From UHGV virus genome UHGV-0385359: a stretch of 48,983 nucleotides of DNA. The stretch is one strand, 5' to 3'. Origin of the DNA: a virus. Positions within the stretch are counted from its first letter, which is position 1. Each line of letters opens with the position of its first letter. Under the pieces are notes generated by a model. It saw only the letters and a program-made list of their open reading frames with translations. It had not been told where the DNA came from and searched no databases. Below are positions 38,489-48,344 of the stretch, in pieces. Both the position numbers and the translations under genes were made by a program.

Positions 38489-39226
38489 ATGAGTTTTACC
38501 AGTGACATACAACAGCTTGAGCCCGGAAGTCTCATCCAGCTTATTGAGATTGACGGGACTGATTTTGGTATGGACGAAATTCTTCGCTTTCATGCTCACA
38601 ATATCCAGGAAGAGGGCTGGGCGTCGTTCGCTGCTGATAATCTTCCTGCCATCATCTGGCAGGGTAAGCAATATGACCCGTATCCGTATGAGCTTAAAGG
38701 TATGGAGCTTTCGAGTACGGGATCGCAGCCGACACCCACGCTTTCAGTCGGCAACGTCGGCAACTATGTGACAGCACTGTGTCTTGAGTATGACGACATG
38801 GTTAAGGCGAAAGTGAAGATCCACACCACGCTGGCAAAATACCTTGATGCGGCTAACTGGGTTAGCGGCAACCCGAATGCGAGCCCGGCTGACGAGCGGG
38901 TACAGCTTTTCTATGTGAATGCGAAAACGGCCGAAACACGCGTTCAGGTTGATTTTGAACTGTGTTCACCTTTCGACATTCAGAGCCTTCAGCTACCCAC
39001 CAGGCAGATCACTCCGGTCTGCACCTGGTGTCTTCGTGGCTGGTATCGCAGCGGGACTGGTTGTGACTACAACGGGACGAAGTATTTTACCAAAGATGGT
39101 ACGCCAACCGACGATCCGTCGAAAGATGTCTGCGGCGGACGGCGGCGGGATTGTCAGGATCGGCATGGTCCCGATGCCCCTTTGCCGTTCGGTGGCTTTC
39201 CGGCGGCTAACCTGCAGGGGAAATAA
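38489..39226 (+). CDS. L: minor tail protein gpL
   Basis: GGGGGAG RBS then the ATG at 38489. Lambda L-like (…C..C…C Fe-S cluster cysteines near the C-terminus: CTWCLRGWYRSGTGCDY…C). Confidence 0.9.
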   Translation: MSFTSDIQQLEPGSLIQLIEIDGTDFGMDEILRFHAHNIQEEGWASFAADNLPAIIWQGKQYDPYPYELKGMELSSTGSQPTPTLSVGNVGNYVTALCLEYDDMVKAKVKIHTTLAKYLDAANWVSGNPNASPADERVQLFYVNAKTAETRVQVDFELCSPFDIQSLQLPTRQITPVCTWCLRGWYRSGTGCDYNGTKYFTKDGTPTDDPSKDVCGGRRRDCQDRHGPDAPLPFGGFPAANLQGK

Positions 39227-39963
39227 TGATGCGTGAAAAACTGATGGATGCCATCCGGCAGCATGTCGCTGCGGAATATCCGAAAGAAGCCTGCGGGGTG
39301 ATTATTCAGTCTGGTCGTACGCAGACGTTTATTCCCTGTCGCAATATCGCCGACAACCCGGAAGAAATGTTTACGCTTTCTCCTGAAGACAGAATGGCCG
39401 CCGGGGAGTTGGGCGACATCATTATGATTGTTCACTCACATCCTGACGTGGTGCAACTGGTGCCGTCAGAAATGGACCGTATTCAGTGTGACTGGTCCGG
39501 TATTGAATGGGGGATCATGTCGTGGCCGGACGGTGATTTTTGCACAATCTCTCCGCGGGAAGAGCGGGATTACGTCGGGCGTCAGTGGGTGCTCGGCTAT
39601 GCAGACTGCTGGTCGCTGATCCGGGAGTATCATCAGCGTGAGTTTACTCTCTCGCTGGGGGACTACTCGGTGCCGTACGCGTGGTGGGAAGGTGGAAAAG
39701 AACACCTGTACGACGATAACTGGCAGCAGGAGGGTTTTGTCGAGGTTGAGCCCCGTGATATGCGACCCGGCGATATCATCATGATGCGCGTTCAGGCGCC
39801 GGTCACTAACCACGCTGCGGTATATCTTGGCGACAACATCATTCTCCATCATATGTTCGGGCATCTGTCATCGCGTACGCCATATGGCAAATATTACCGC
39901 GACAGAACGGTGCGGGTGGTAAGGCATAAGGAGCTTACGGATGCTGAAAACGCTGATTCTTGA
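39226..39963 (+). CDS. K: tail assembly protein gpK (MPN/JAB + NlpC/P60 domains)
   Basis: 245 aa. HSHP (JAMM-like) motif and lambda K-like organisation. Confidence 0.9.
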   Translation: MMREKLMDAIRQHVAAEYPKEACGVIIQSGRTQTFIPCRNIADNPEEMFTLSPEDRMAAGELGDIIMIVHSHPDVVQLVPSEMDRIQCDWSGIEWGIMSWPDGDFCTISPREERDYVGRQWVLGYADCWSLIREYHQREFTLSLGDYSVPYAWWEGGKEHLYDDNWQQEGFVEVEPRDMRPGDIIMMRVQAPVTNHAAVYLGDNIILHHMFGHLSSRTPYGKYYRDRTVRVVRHKELTDAENADS

Positions 39964-40558
39964 CGGCAGGATGGCGAAGAAATTTGGCAAACGGCATCAG
40001 TATCACGTCGCTGATCTTCGTGAAATGCTGAGGGCGATGTGTTCACAGGTGCCGGGATTTAAAAAATACGTGTCAGAAGCGCATATGAAGGGGATTCGTT
40101 TCGCCTTTTTCAACGGGAAAAGCAATATCGGGCTGGAAGAGTTCGATATGACGCGGGGGGGCGATACCTACCGCATCATGCCCATCATTGAGGGGGCAAA
40201 AAATGCCGGGGTGCTTCAGATAGTCATCGGTGCCGTAGCACTGGTTGCTGCTTTTTTTACCGCCGGTGCCAGTCTTGCTGCGTGGGGGGCGGCAATGAGT
40301 GCGGGTGCAATAACCGCCACAACGGTACTGACCGGCATTGGCGTTTCAATGATGCTGGGTGGCGTGGTTCAGTTACTCACCCCGCAGCCATCGTTTAATA
40401 CTGGTGCTTCTTCCAGTACGGATAATAAACCCAACTATGCGTTTGGCGCGCCGGTCAATACGGTGGCTATGGGTTATCCCGTTCCTGTTCTCTACGGGGA
40501 GCGCGAAATTGGCGGGGCCATTATCAGCGCCGGTATGTATTCAGGCGATCAACAATAA
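39941..40558 (+). CDS. I: tail assembly protein gpI
   Basis: 205 aa. C-terminal Gly/Ala-rich hydrophobic segment and LYGE..IGG motif as in lambda I. Confidence 0.85.
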   Translation: MLKTLILDGRMAKKFGKRHQYHVADLREMLRAMCSQVPGFKKYVSEAHMKGIRFAFFNGKSNIGLEEFDMTRGGDTYRIMPIIEGAKNAGVLQIVIGAVALVAAFFTAGASLAAWGAAMSAGAITATTVLTGIGVSMMLGGVVQLLTPQPSFNTGASSSTDNKPNYAFGAPVNTVAMGYPVPVLYGEREIGGAIISAGMYSGDQQ

Positions 40559-40612
40559 GTTGACATCTATCAACCTCCGGGCGCTTCTGGCGCCCTTTTT
40601 TGTGAGTGAAAT

Positions 40613-43600
40613 ATGCGACTCCTTGAAGGTGAAACCATTATCCACGGCGCTAAAGGCGGCGGCGGTAAAGCGCATACGCCAGTAGAGCAACCTGACGATC
40701 TGCTGTCGGTGGCAAAACTGAAAATGCTGGTGGCACTGTCAGAAGGTGAAATTCAGGGTGACCTGACTGCCCAGCAGATTTTCCTCAATGACACACCGCT
40801 GGCAAATGACAGCGGTGAATACAATTTCAAAGGCGTGAAATGGGAGTACCGTAAAGGCACTCAGGATCAGACCTACATCGCCGGCATGCCGGAAGTGGAT
40901 AACGAGCTTGCCGTGGGCGTAACGGTCACCACCACTGCGCCGTGGACGAGGCAATTCACTAATCTGTCCCTTGATGCGATCCGCATAAAACTGAGTCTGC
41001 CCGTTCAGTATCTGTATAAAGATAATGGCGATATGGTAGGAACAGTCACGGAATACGCTATCGACTTATCAACGGACGGCGCGGCCTGGCAGACGGTCGT
41101 GAACGGCAAATTCGATGGTAAAACCACAACAGAATACCAGCGTGATCACCGCATAGACTTACCGGGCGCTGTAACCGGCTGGTCTGTCCGGGTAAGACGT
41201 ATCACGGCAGATGCCAGCGGCTCTAACTCAAAACTGGTTAATGCCTTTAAAGTCTTTTCTTTTGCAGAGGTGATAGACAGTAAACTTCGCTATCCCAATA
41301 CAGCGCTGTTATATGTTGAAGTGGACAGCAGCCAGTTTAACGGCAGCGCGCCGAAAGTCACCTGCAGGCCAAAGGGTAAGCTGATTAAGGTGCCGGATAA
41401 TTATGATCCTGCAACGCGTACCTACTCCGGGTCGTGGTCCGGCGGTTTCAAAATGGCTTATTCAAATAACCCCGCATGGGTTTTCTATGATCTGGTGCTG
41501 GATGAAATCTATGGTATGGGTACGCGCGTTGACGCATCCATGGTGGATAAGTGGGAACTGTATTCTATTGCTCAGTATTGCGATGAAAAAGTTTCAGACG
41601 GAGCAGGGGGAACAGAGCCACGGTTTACCTGTAACGTGTTCATCCAGAACCAGCAGGATGCTTATCAGGTCCTGCGCGATCTGGCCGCTGTGTTTCGCGG
41701 GATCACCTTCTGGGGTAATGAAAAAGTTTACGTTCAGGCTGATGTCCCGCAAACTGATGTTGACTGGGTTTATAACGCCTCCAGTGTCATTGATGGCCTG
41801 TTCACTTATGCTGGTGGGTCTTATAAGAACCGCTACAGCTCCTGTCTTGTTTCCTGGTCCGATCCGCAGAATCACTACAGCGATACTGTAGAAGGTGTCT
41901 ACGATTCAGAGCTTGTTGAGCGGTATGATGTGCGGCAGACAACGCTGACCGCAATTGGCTGCACGTCACAGAGCGAAGCACACCGCCGCGGGCGCTGGGT
42001 TCTGCTTTCAAACGCGAAGGATGGCACGGTGTCGTTTGGCGTAGGACTCGACGGGTACATTCCGTTGCCTGCGGAAATCATTGGTGTGGCCGACCCGTTC
42101 CGCGCCGGTAAGCAAAATGGTGGTCGCATCAGTGCGGTGAATGATCGCCAGGTAACACTTGATCGCGCAATTGACTATGCAGTAAACGATCGGCTGGTTG
42201 TTAACCTGCCAGACGGTAAAGCACAGACCCGGACAATCAGTGCCGTGAGCGCGGATAAAAAGACAGTAACAATTGCCACTGCATTCAGCCAGCCGCCTGC
42301 TGCTGGTGCTGTCTGGGCAATTGACAGCGATAACCTGGCTATCCAGTATTTCCGGGTCACATCGATCGCAGCAAATGACGACAGCAACGGTGGTTTCACC
42401 ATCACTGCCGTACAGCACGACCCCAATAAATACCGTTACATTGACGATGGTGTGCGCATTGAATCGCCGCCGGTTACGGTCACTCCGATTAATGTACTGG
42501 AAGCCCCGAAAAATATCGTGATTACCGAGAGTGATCATGTGTCTCAGGGGCTGTCTGTTGCAAGCCTGGATGTCTCATGGGGCAAAGTGGATGGCGCCAT
42601 TCGATACATGGCGCAGTGGCGTAAGGATAATGGTGACTGGATTAATGTTCCGGTCACCAGCGCACAGGGATTCTCCGTTCAGGGCATTTATACGGGCAGT
42701 TATGATGTGCGTGTGCGGGCGCTGAACGCGCAGGAAACGTCCTCTCCATGGGGTTATGCTGATACAACATACCTTTCCGGTAAAGCCGGTAAGCCAGGAA
42801 CACCGACTAACCTGATTGCATCCGATGATGTTGTCTGGAATATCGATCTGACCTGGGCCTTCCCGGACGGGGCCGGGGATACGGCGTACACTGAGTTGCA
42901 GCGTTCGACGACCGACGATCTCGCAAATCCAGAGTTGCTCACGCTGGTTCCTTATCCTGCTGCGCGCTATCAGCATGGGCCAATGCCTGCCGGTGTGCGC
43001 CAGTGGTATCGTGCGCGTCTTGTCGACCGAATCGGTAACACTGGTGACTGGACGGAATGGGTCATGGGGACATCCTCCATTGATGTCAGCGACATAGCCA
43101 ATGACATTCTTGAGGACATGAAGGAATCAGACACGTTCAAAGACCTGATCGAGAGTGCCGTGGACAGCAATGAAAAAATTGCTGGCATGGCTGATGACAT
43201 TCAACAGCAGGCCGATGAACTGGAGCGGCAGGCGACAGAGATTCAGGAGAATGCCGACGGGCTGGCGCAGGCTGCGGTGAAAATCGATGAGATGTCGGTA
43301 TCTATGGATGGCATCACCGGCGGCGTCAAGAACTCATCCATCGCCGTTATACAGAACAGCATTGCGCAGGTAACAAGCAGACGTTCACAGACAGTGACGA
43401 ATGCCGGTAACAGCGCCAGCATTGATCGTGTTGACACGACAATTGCCGATGCCAGCCAGGCCGTTGCCCGCGCCTTGACGACGCTGGATTCATCTGCCGG
43501 GGGTAATGTATCCAATGTGACAGATCTGGCCGAAACGCTGGCGGATTTTTCGCAGGCGTCGGCAACGAAGATCAACTCCCTGACTGTGACAGTTAACGGG

Positions 43601-44080
43601 CAGACTGCGGCAATTAACCAGACTGCTCAGGCCGTGGCGGACGTCAACGGAAATCTTAGTGCGATGTACAACATCAAGGTGGCCGTGGATGAGAACGGGC
43701 GACAGTATGCTGCGGGAATGGGCATTGGAGTGGAGAATACCCCGTCGGGTATGCAGTCACAGGTGTTGTTCCTTGCAGATCGGTTTGCCGTAATGACTCA
43801 GGCAGGCGGAAATGTGACATTGCCTTTTGTTATTCAGAATGGTCAGGTATTTGTCAACGACGCTTTTATTAACTATGCGTTAATCACCCTGGCAAAAATT
43901 GGTGAACTCAGATCCATTAATTATGTTGCAGGTCAGACGGGAACGATTATGAAATCAGACGGCACTCTGGAGGTGAATGGTGCAGTATCTGGACAAGGGA
44001 GGTTAAGCATTACGAATATCAGAATTGTTCAATATGACTCTCAGGGTAGGCCATTGGCAGTTATGGGGGCACCTTTATAA
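40613..44080 (+). CDS. J: central tail fibre / host-specificity protein gpJ
   Basis: 1155 aa, lambda J-like over the N-terminal two thirds. The C-terminal roughly 150 aa diverges from lambda, suggesting a receptor other than LamB (inference). Confidence 0.95.
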   Translation: MRLLEGETIIHGAKGGGGKAHTPVEQPDDLLSVAKLKMLVALSEGEIQGDLTAQQIFLNDTPLANDSGEYNFKGVKWEYRKGTQDQTYIAGMPEVDNELAVGVTVTTTAPWTRQFTNLSLDAIRIKLSLPVQYLYKDNGDMVGTVTEYAIDLSTDGAAWQTVVNGKFDGKTTTEYQRDHRIDLPGAVTGWSVRVRRITADASGSNSKLVNAFKVFSFAEVIDSKLRYPNTALLYVEVDSSQFNGSAPKVTCRPKGKLIKVPDNYDPATRTYSGSWSGGFKMAYSNNPAWVFYDLVLDEIYGMGTRVDASMVDKWELYSIAQYCDEKVSDGAGGTEPRFTCNVFIQNQQDAYQVLRDLAAVFRGITFWGNEKVYVQADVPQTDVDWVYNASSVIDGLFTYAGGSYKNRYSSCLVSWSDPQNHYSDTVEGVYDSELVERYDVRQTTLTAIGCTSQSEAHRRGRWVLLSNAKDGTVSFGVGLDGYIPLPAEIIGVADPFRAGKQNGGRISAVNDRQVTLDRAIDYAVNDRLVVNLPDGKAQTRTISAVSADKKTVTIATAFSQPPAAGAVWAIDSDNLAIQYFRVTSIAANDDSNGGFTITAVQHDPNKYRYIDDGVRIESPPVTVTPINVLEAPKNIVITESDHVSQGLSVASLDVSWGKVDGAIRYMAQWRKDNGDWINVPVTSAQGFSVQGIYTGSYDVRVRALNAQETSSPWGYADTTYLSGKAGKPGTPTNLIASDDVVWNIDLTWAFPDGAGDTAYTELQRSTTDDLANPELLTLVPYPAARYQHGPMPAGVRQWYRARLVDRIGNTGDWTEWVMGTSSIDVSDIANDILEDMKESDTFKDLIESAVDSNEKIAGMADDIQQQADELERQATEIQENADGLAQAAVKIDEMSVSMDGITGGVKNSSIAVIQNSIAQVTSRRSQTVTNAGNSASIDRVDTTIADASQAVARALTTLDSSAGGNVSNVTDLAETLADFSQASATKINSLTVTVNGQTAAINQTAQAVADVNGNLSAMYNIKVAVDENGRQYAAGMGIGVENTPSGMQSQVLFLADRFAVMTQAGGNVTLPFVIQNGQVFVNDAFINYALITLAKIGELRSINYVAGQTGTIMKSDGTLEVNGAVSGQGRLSITNIRIVQYDSQGRPLAVMGAPL

Positions 44081-45039
44081 TGCAAATGTTTATTGAAGGT
44101 ACGTCATTTGATGCCGCCAATGCGATGAGCTTCACATATGTCATAGACTTTCTGACAGTTTCTGGCACAGGAAGTAAAACCTATAACACCTCTGGCTTCG
44201 ATCTTTCCGTTGTTGGAATGAATAGCACCTTAGCCCCAACAAATACGCAGAGCACTATAGACGCTTCAATATCTGGGACAACCTTAACATGGAACACGGA
44301 CGTTCCTTTAAGGCTGGTTGTGACTGCTACAGCCAGGCAGGGAGCGAATAGTGGCTATTCAGGATTTGCTCTATATACTTACCCAAATAACCAGAGAACG
44401 ATTAAGTTAGCACCAGACTTTACGCCATTTGTGTTGAGCGCGGTAATAAATATTGAACCTGGAGCCAGAACCGTAGATACCGGGGTGGCGGTAGGTGATG
44501 GGGTTATTATTTTTATGCGCAATAGAAATAATCAGGGTGGAGCTTGCAGTAGATCGCATTTTACTCTGCTTGAGACCGGAACTTACAAGATGCAGTTTAC
44601 GGCAGCGGCAAACAATCAATTTCCTACCAGGGCTTACGTATTTTCAAGAAAGCTTCCGCCAACACCAAAGAATGGATTCTATCTTTACAAAGACGGAGTA
44701 ATGGTATGGCATAGTAATTGCCTTCCGCTGGATGCCAGATTCATTAACCAGAGCTATGTGGAATCAGATTATCCATTAGCAGTAACGACAGGAATAACAA
44801 ACTTTATATACATTCCACAAGACCCAACAGTTCCTGAATATGGTTTCCAGAACTATGGATGCTCTGGTGCAGGAATAGGCACTAATGGCAAGTGGAGGAC
44901 GAATAACACGGAGGTTTATCAATCATTCCTGGGTAACGTAGGAATACCATTACCCAAAGGGTGGGTTGTGGGAACAAGGGTTATGTATATAGAGTGCAGT
45001 AATTACGATAATTACTACACTTATTCGCTCGGAAGCTAA
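44080..45039 (+). CDS. hypothetical protein translationally coupled to J (TAATG overlap); low GC
   Basis: 319 aa, Ser/Thr/Asn-rich. No recognisable family. Occupies the lom/stf-accessory position. Confidence 0.5.
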   Translation: MQMFIEGTSFDAANAMSFTYVIDFLTVSGTGSKTYNTSGFDLSVVGMNSTLAPTNTQSTIDASISGTTLTWNTDVPLRLVVTATARQGANSGYSGFALYTYPNNQRTIKLAPDFTPFVLSAVINIEPGARTVDTGVAVGDGVIIFMRNRNNQGGACSRSHFTLLETGTYKMQFTAAANNQFPTRAYVFSRKLPPTPKNGFYLYKDGVMVWHSNCLPLDARFINQSYVESDYPLAVTTGITNFIYIPQDPTVPEYGFQNYGCSGAGIGTNGKWRTNNTEVYQSFLGNVGIPLPKGWVVGTRVMYIECSNYDNYYTYSLGS

Positions 45040-45042
45040 CTG

Positions 45043-45297
45043 TCACTCAGTAAGCCCGTGTTTATCACAGGTTGATGTGTCAGTGAACGATTCCTGCGGC
45101 ATCCACTGCCAGGCAAAATACCCGCCAGAAAGATATTCTGTCGTTTTAAGCGGTTTTCTGATCCCAAAAACAGGTATTGACACCCTGTTTTTCATTATTA
45201 CGGCCTCGTTGTAACACAACGGTGGCGTATTGCTCGCGCATCCGGCAGTTAATAATGCAGAGGATATGATTATTGCTGCTGTGTAAACCTTATTCAT
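45043..45297 (-). CDS. small lipoprotein on the opposite strand downstream of J (Cor/superinfection-exclusion-type position)
   Basis: 84 aa. Signal peptide with lipobox LLTAGC. Convergent with J-orf. Confidence 0.45.
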   Translation of the reverse strand: MNKVYTAAIIISSALLTAGCASNTPPLCYNEAVIMKNRVSIPVFGIRKPLKTTEYLSGGYFAWQWMPQESFTDTSTCDKHGLTE

Positions 45298-45376
45298 AAA
45301 TAGCCCTTTATAGTTGGTGTAAATATTACCTGTTTATTCTATGTACAGATAATTAAAGGGCAAAATTGATTAAACA

Positions 45377-45420
45377 GATCAATATTCGTTAATTGATCGT
45401 TCAAAACGATCAATTATAAT
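45377..45420 (+). promoter_or_regulatory. promoter TTGATC-N16-TATAAT overlapped by a perfect 10-bp inverted repeat and three GATC sites
   Basis: GATC at 45377, 45395 and 45408. IR attgatcgtt (45392-45401) / aacgatcaat (45405-45414). TATAAT at 45415-45420. GGAGG RBS and the tail-fibre ATG follow. Confidence 0.5.
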
Positions 45421-45433
45421 TTCGGAGGTAGTA

Positions 45434-46786
45434 ATGCTATACAATACTGGAACCATTTCTGTTAGCGGTAATAACGCCACCGGCACAGGCACGAACTGGA
45501 CCACGCCAGCCAGCCAGATTCGCGTGGGTCAGACTATCATTGTGCTGTCTAACCCTGTCCAGATGTTCCAGATTACGACAATCAATAGCGCCACTTCCCT
45601 GACGGTTACGCCAGCTGCGTCACCGGCACTCAGTGGGCAGAAATACGGTATTCTGGTATCAGACAATCTGTCTGTTGACGGGCTGGCGCAGAGTATTTCC
45701 CAACTGATTAACGAATATGATGAGAATATCAGCGCATGGGAGACTTTTGCTTTAACGAGCGCTAACCAGACGATCAATGTCACCATAAACGGCACACCTG
45801 TTTCTATTCCTGCCCTGGGTAAACTTGTACAGAAAGGGGAGAACGGTGCAGTTCCTGTTAACCGCGGGGGCACCGGCGCAACCACTGCTGAAGACGCTCG
45901 CACAAACCTCGGTTTAGTAGACAGCAATGGATTAGTGCCTGTTACTCTGGGGGGGACGGGGAAATCTTCCGCTACTGGTGCCTCATCTTCTCTAAATTTT
46001 TATGGCAATTTCGCTTCCCACTTCAATGCATTAAGCGGTGATATGGATTCACTCGTTGGTCAGAGTAATGATTCTGGTGGTGAGACATATTCAATCGCTA
46101 TATCAACAAGCGAAAATAATGTTGCTAACTGGCCCACGAATCCTACCAATTCGGGAAAAGCATATGGTTGGGGAGCAATGATGTGCTTTACTCATGCAAG
46201 GGGGGGCGGTAGAACACAAATTTACGTTCCTGATGATGCTGCAAATTTATATTTCAGACATAGATACGGAAGTGCGTGGAAAAATTGGGTGGCGGTATGG
46301 ACTAACAGGAACACTACCGTCGACAGCAATGGATTTATTAAACGTGCATCTCCGATTGTCTCTGTATTTGGTGATGGTAGCTACGATACCAACGCAGAAT
46401 CGGAAGGGGCAATGGTGCAGCGTACAGGTACAGGCGAATACAAAATCACTGGCATTCGTGGTCTTAACTCCGATCTGGCATGGGGGGGAATAAACGGTGG
46501 GATTGAGATCCCGAAAGACATAAACGGCCAGCCTCTAATCTGGATTGACTATAAGGTGCTGGAGGATGGCGATATGGTTATCAAAACGTATCACCGGGAA
46601 CACCAGAATGCCCCGGAGTTTGCAAGGAATACGATTAAAGGTATTGCCGATGGTGAGCCGGTTGATATCCCTTCAAATACGTTTGTTTCAGTGCGTGTAG
46701 AAATGCCGGAAAGCAGTGTATGGAATCAGCGAGTGGCCGAAGCCGAAAAAGCTATGACTGAAACTCCTGGAGCATCCGCCGATTGA
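45434..46786 (+). CDS. side tail-fibre protein (constant N-terminal part + variable C-terminal part inside an invertible segment)
   Basis: 450 aa. Contains the conserved fibre motif NRGGTGATTAEDARTNLGL. A crossover site lies at this motif. Confidence 0.8.
   Translation: MLYNTGTISVSGNNATGTGTNWTTPASQIRVGQTIIVLSNPVQMFQITTINSATSLTVTPAASPALSGQKYGILVSDNLSVDGLAQSISQLINEYDENISAWETFALTSANQTINVTINGTPVSIPALGKLVQKGENGAVPVNRGGTGATTAEDARTNLGLVDSNGLVPVTLGGTGKSSATGASSSLNFYGNFASHFNALSGDMDSLVGQSNDSGGETYSIAISTSENNVANWPTNPTNSGKAYGWGAMMCFTHARGGGRTQIYVPDDAANLYFRHRYGSAWKNWVAVWTNRNTTVDSNGFIKRASPIVSVFGDGSYDTNAESEGAMVQRTGTGEYKITGIRGLNSDLAWGGINGGIEIPKDINGQPLIWIDYKVLEDGDMVIKTYHREHQNAPEFARNTIKGIADGEPVDIPSNTFVSVRVEMPESSVWNQRVAEAEKAMTETPGASAD
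45897..45922. repeat. hix/gix/cix-like invertase crossover site (left), inside the tail-fibre ORF
   Basis: cgcacAAACCTCGGTTTAGtagac resembles the Hin/Gin crossover consensus (TTATCCAAAACCTCGGTTTACAGGAA). Inverted relative to the site at 47560-47583. Confidence 0.55.
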
Positions 46787-46843
46787 ATATAGAATCGGCA
46801 GACTTTTCGACAGAAACGGACACAACCCAGGTTGTGTGAATAC

Positions 46844-47593
46844 CTACTTTTCTGTGGTAGATATTTCGTCAACTTTCAACTTCAACCCCTTCACGGCAGC
46901 GAGAAGATAACCAATCAGCCCCATATAGTCGGCAACGAGATAATCAGATCCTTCGTCACGAATCACCAGATCGGGAATTACTAAATCTAGATCTTGCGCT
47001 AATGCCCCGGCTGTAAGACGTTTAGATTCCGCATCCTTATAGCGGAACGTGTAACCATCAAGCGCGGCGATCTTATCCAGAGCCTCTGTGGGGTCGATGA
47101 TGTTTACTTCCTCTTTTGCGTTCCAGTCTGACGTCAGAGTAACTCCGTTGGCCTGAACCGCTCCTTTCGCGTTAATTGTTCCATTTCGTGTATTGATATA
47201 CACGGCAGGTTTTCCTTCCTGTACACCATTGGTTGGTGATGTGTACGCGGTGCAGAATCCAATCCCGTACCACGAATAAAGGTTGATGTTAGCCGCATTG
47301 TCAAAGTTGGCTGAGTCTACGCCCGCATAAATACCACGTATACCCGGGCCGGAAGGTGCCGTCGCTGATGCCGTACCTGGGATAGTAATTGAACCAGAGG
47401 AGAGGGCTACAGGGCAGTTAAAAAGAGCACGCTGCGCCGCAGAGTTAAAGACATGTTCTTTGCCGGAGCCAGCATTGTAACGCATGCTCCCTGTAGCTGA
47501 CTGTACTGTCATATCCCCGGTCGTTGCGGAAATCCCGGCAACCATCACCGTGTCCGATGTTCCTAAACCGACGTTTTTTATAATGTATTTTGT
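46844..47593 (-). CDS. alternative tail-fibre C-terminal segment (start-less, inverted orientation) with a C-terminal intramolecular-chaperone (peptidase S74-like) region
   Basis: The frame is open from 47593 with no RBS or start. C-terminus DPTEALDKIAALDGYTFRYKD…LAQDLDLVIPDLV…YMGLIGYLLAAVKGL is typical of autoproteolytic fibre chaperone domains. The reading frame runs across the right crossover site. Confidence 0.65.
   Translation of the reverse strand, partial: TKYIIKNVGLGTSDTVMVAGISATTGDMTVQSATGSMRYNAGSGKEHVFNSAAQRALFNCPVALSSGSITIPGTASATAPSGPGIRGIYAGVDSANFDNAANINLYSWYGIGFCTAYTSPTNGVQEGKPAVYINTRNGTINAKGAVQANGVTLTSDWNAKEEVNIIDPTEALDKIAALDGYTFRYKDAESKRLTAGALAQDLDLVIPDLVIRDEGSDYLVADYMGLIGYLLAAVKGLKLKVDEISTTEK
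47560..47583. repeat. hix/gix/cix-like crossover site (right), adjacent to the invertase gene
   Basis: TTCCTAAACCGACGTTTTTTATAA versus the gix consensus TTCCTGTAAACCGAGGTTTTGGATAA. Its revcomp matches the left site at 14 of 16 core positions. Confidence 0.6.
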
Positions 47594-47648
47594 CTATGCA
47601 TCCGATAACTTCACCTGATTTTTTTGACTAAAAAGGTGATTAAAAACT

Positions 47649-48203
47649 ATGCAAATAGGCTATGTCAGGGTGTCAACAAATGACCAAAACACGGATCTCC
47701 AGCGACAGGCCCTGGAACGAGCAGGATGTGAACAGATTTTTGAGGAAAAAATGAGCGGAACGGTTGCAAACAGACCGGCACTAAAACGGCTGCTGCGTGT
47801 CCTGAAAGAGGGAGATACGCTCGTTGTTTGGAAACTGGATCGGTTGGGGCGCAGTATGAGAAATCTTGTGTTGCTGGTTGATGAATTGCGTCAACGAGGA
47901 GTGCATTTTCGAAGCCTGACAGACAGCATCGATACATCAAGCCCGATGGGACGCTTTATTTTCCATATTATGTCAGCGCTGGCAGAAATGGAGCGTGAAT
48001 TAATTGTCGAACGAACCAGGGCAGGTTTAGCCGCTGCACGAGAGAAAGGGAGAATAGGAGGACGTAGGCCAAAGTTAACGGCAGAACAGTGGGCGCAGGC
48101 TGGCAGACTGATAGCTAACGGCGTAGACAGAAAGCAGGTCGCGATAATTTATGATGTGGCTGTATGCACGCTCTATAAAAAATTTCCAGCAGGAGAGCGG
48201 TAA
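47649..48203 (+). CDS. pin: serine-recombinase DNA invertase (Pin/Gin/Hin/Cin family)
   Basis: MQIGYVRVSTNDQNTDLQ (catalytic Ser10 region) and a C-terminal HTH. 184 aa. Confidence 0.9.
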   Translation: MQIGYVRVSTNDQNTDLQRQALERAGCEQIFEEKMSGTVANRPALKRLLRVLKEGDTLVVWKLDRLGRSMRNLVLLVDELRQRGVHFRSLTDSIDTSSPMGRFIFHIMSALAEMERELIVERTRAGLAAAREKGRIGGRRPKLTAEQWAQAGRLIANGVDRKQVAIIYDVAVCTLYKKFPAGER

Positions 48204-48344
48204 ATTGCCGCATCAGAGCGTATGCAAGACCCTGATGCGGCCAGCTGGCGATCGTTCGATAGTGCGAATATAGAATGGTTGCCAGCCGCCGCGGATTGTA
48301 TCTGCCCGGCATAACGGATCAATGCGTTTTATCTGAAACTGGTA

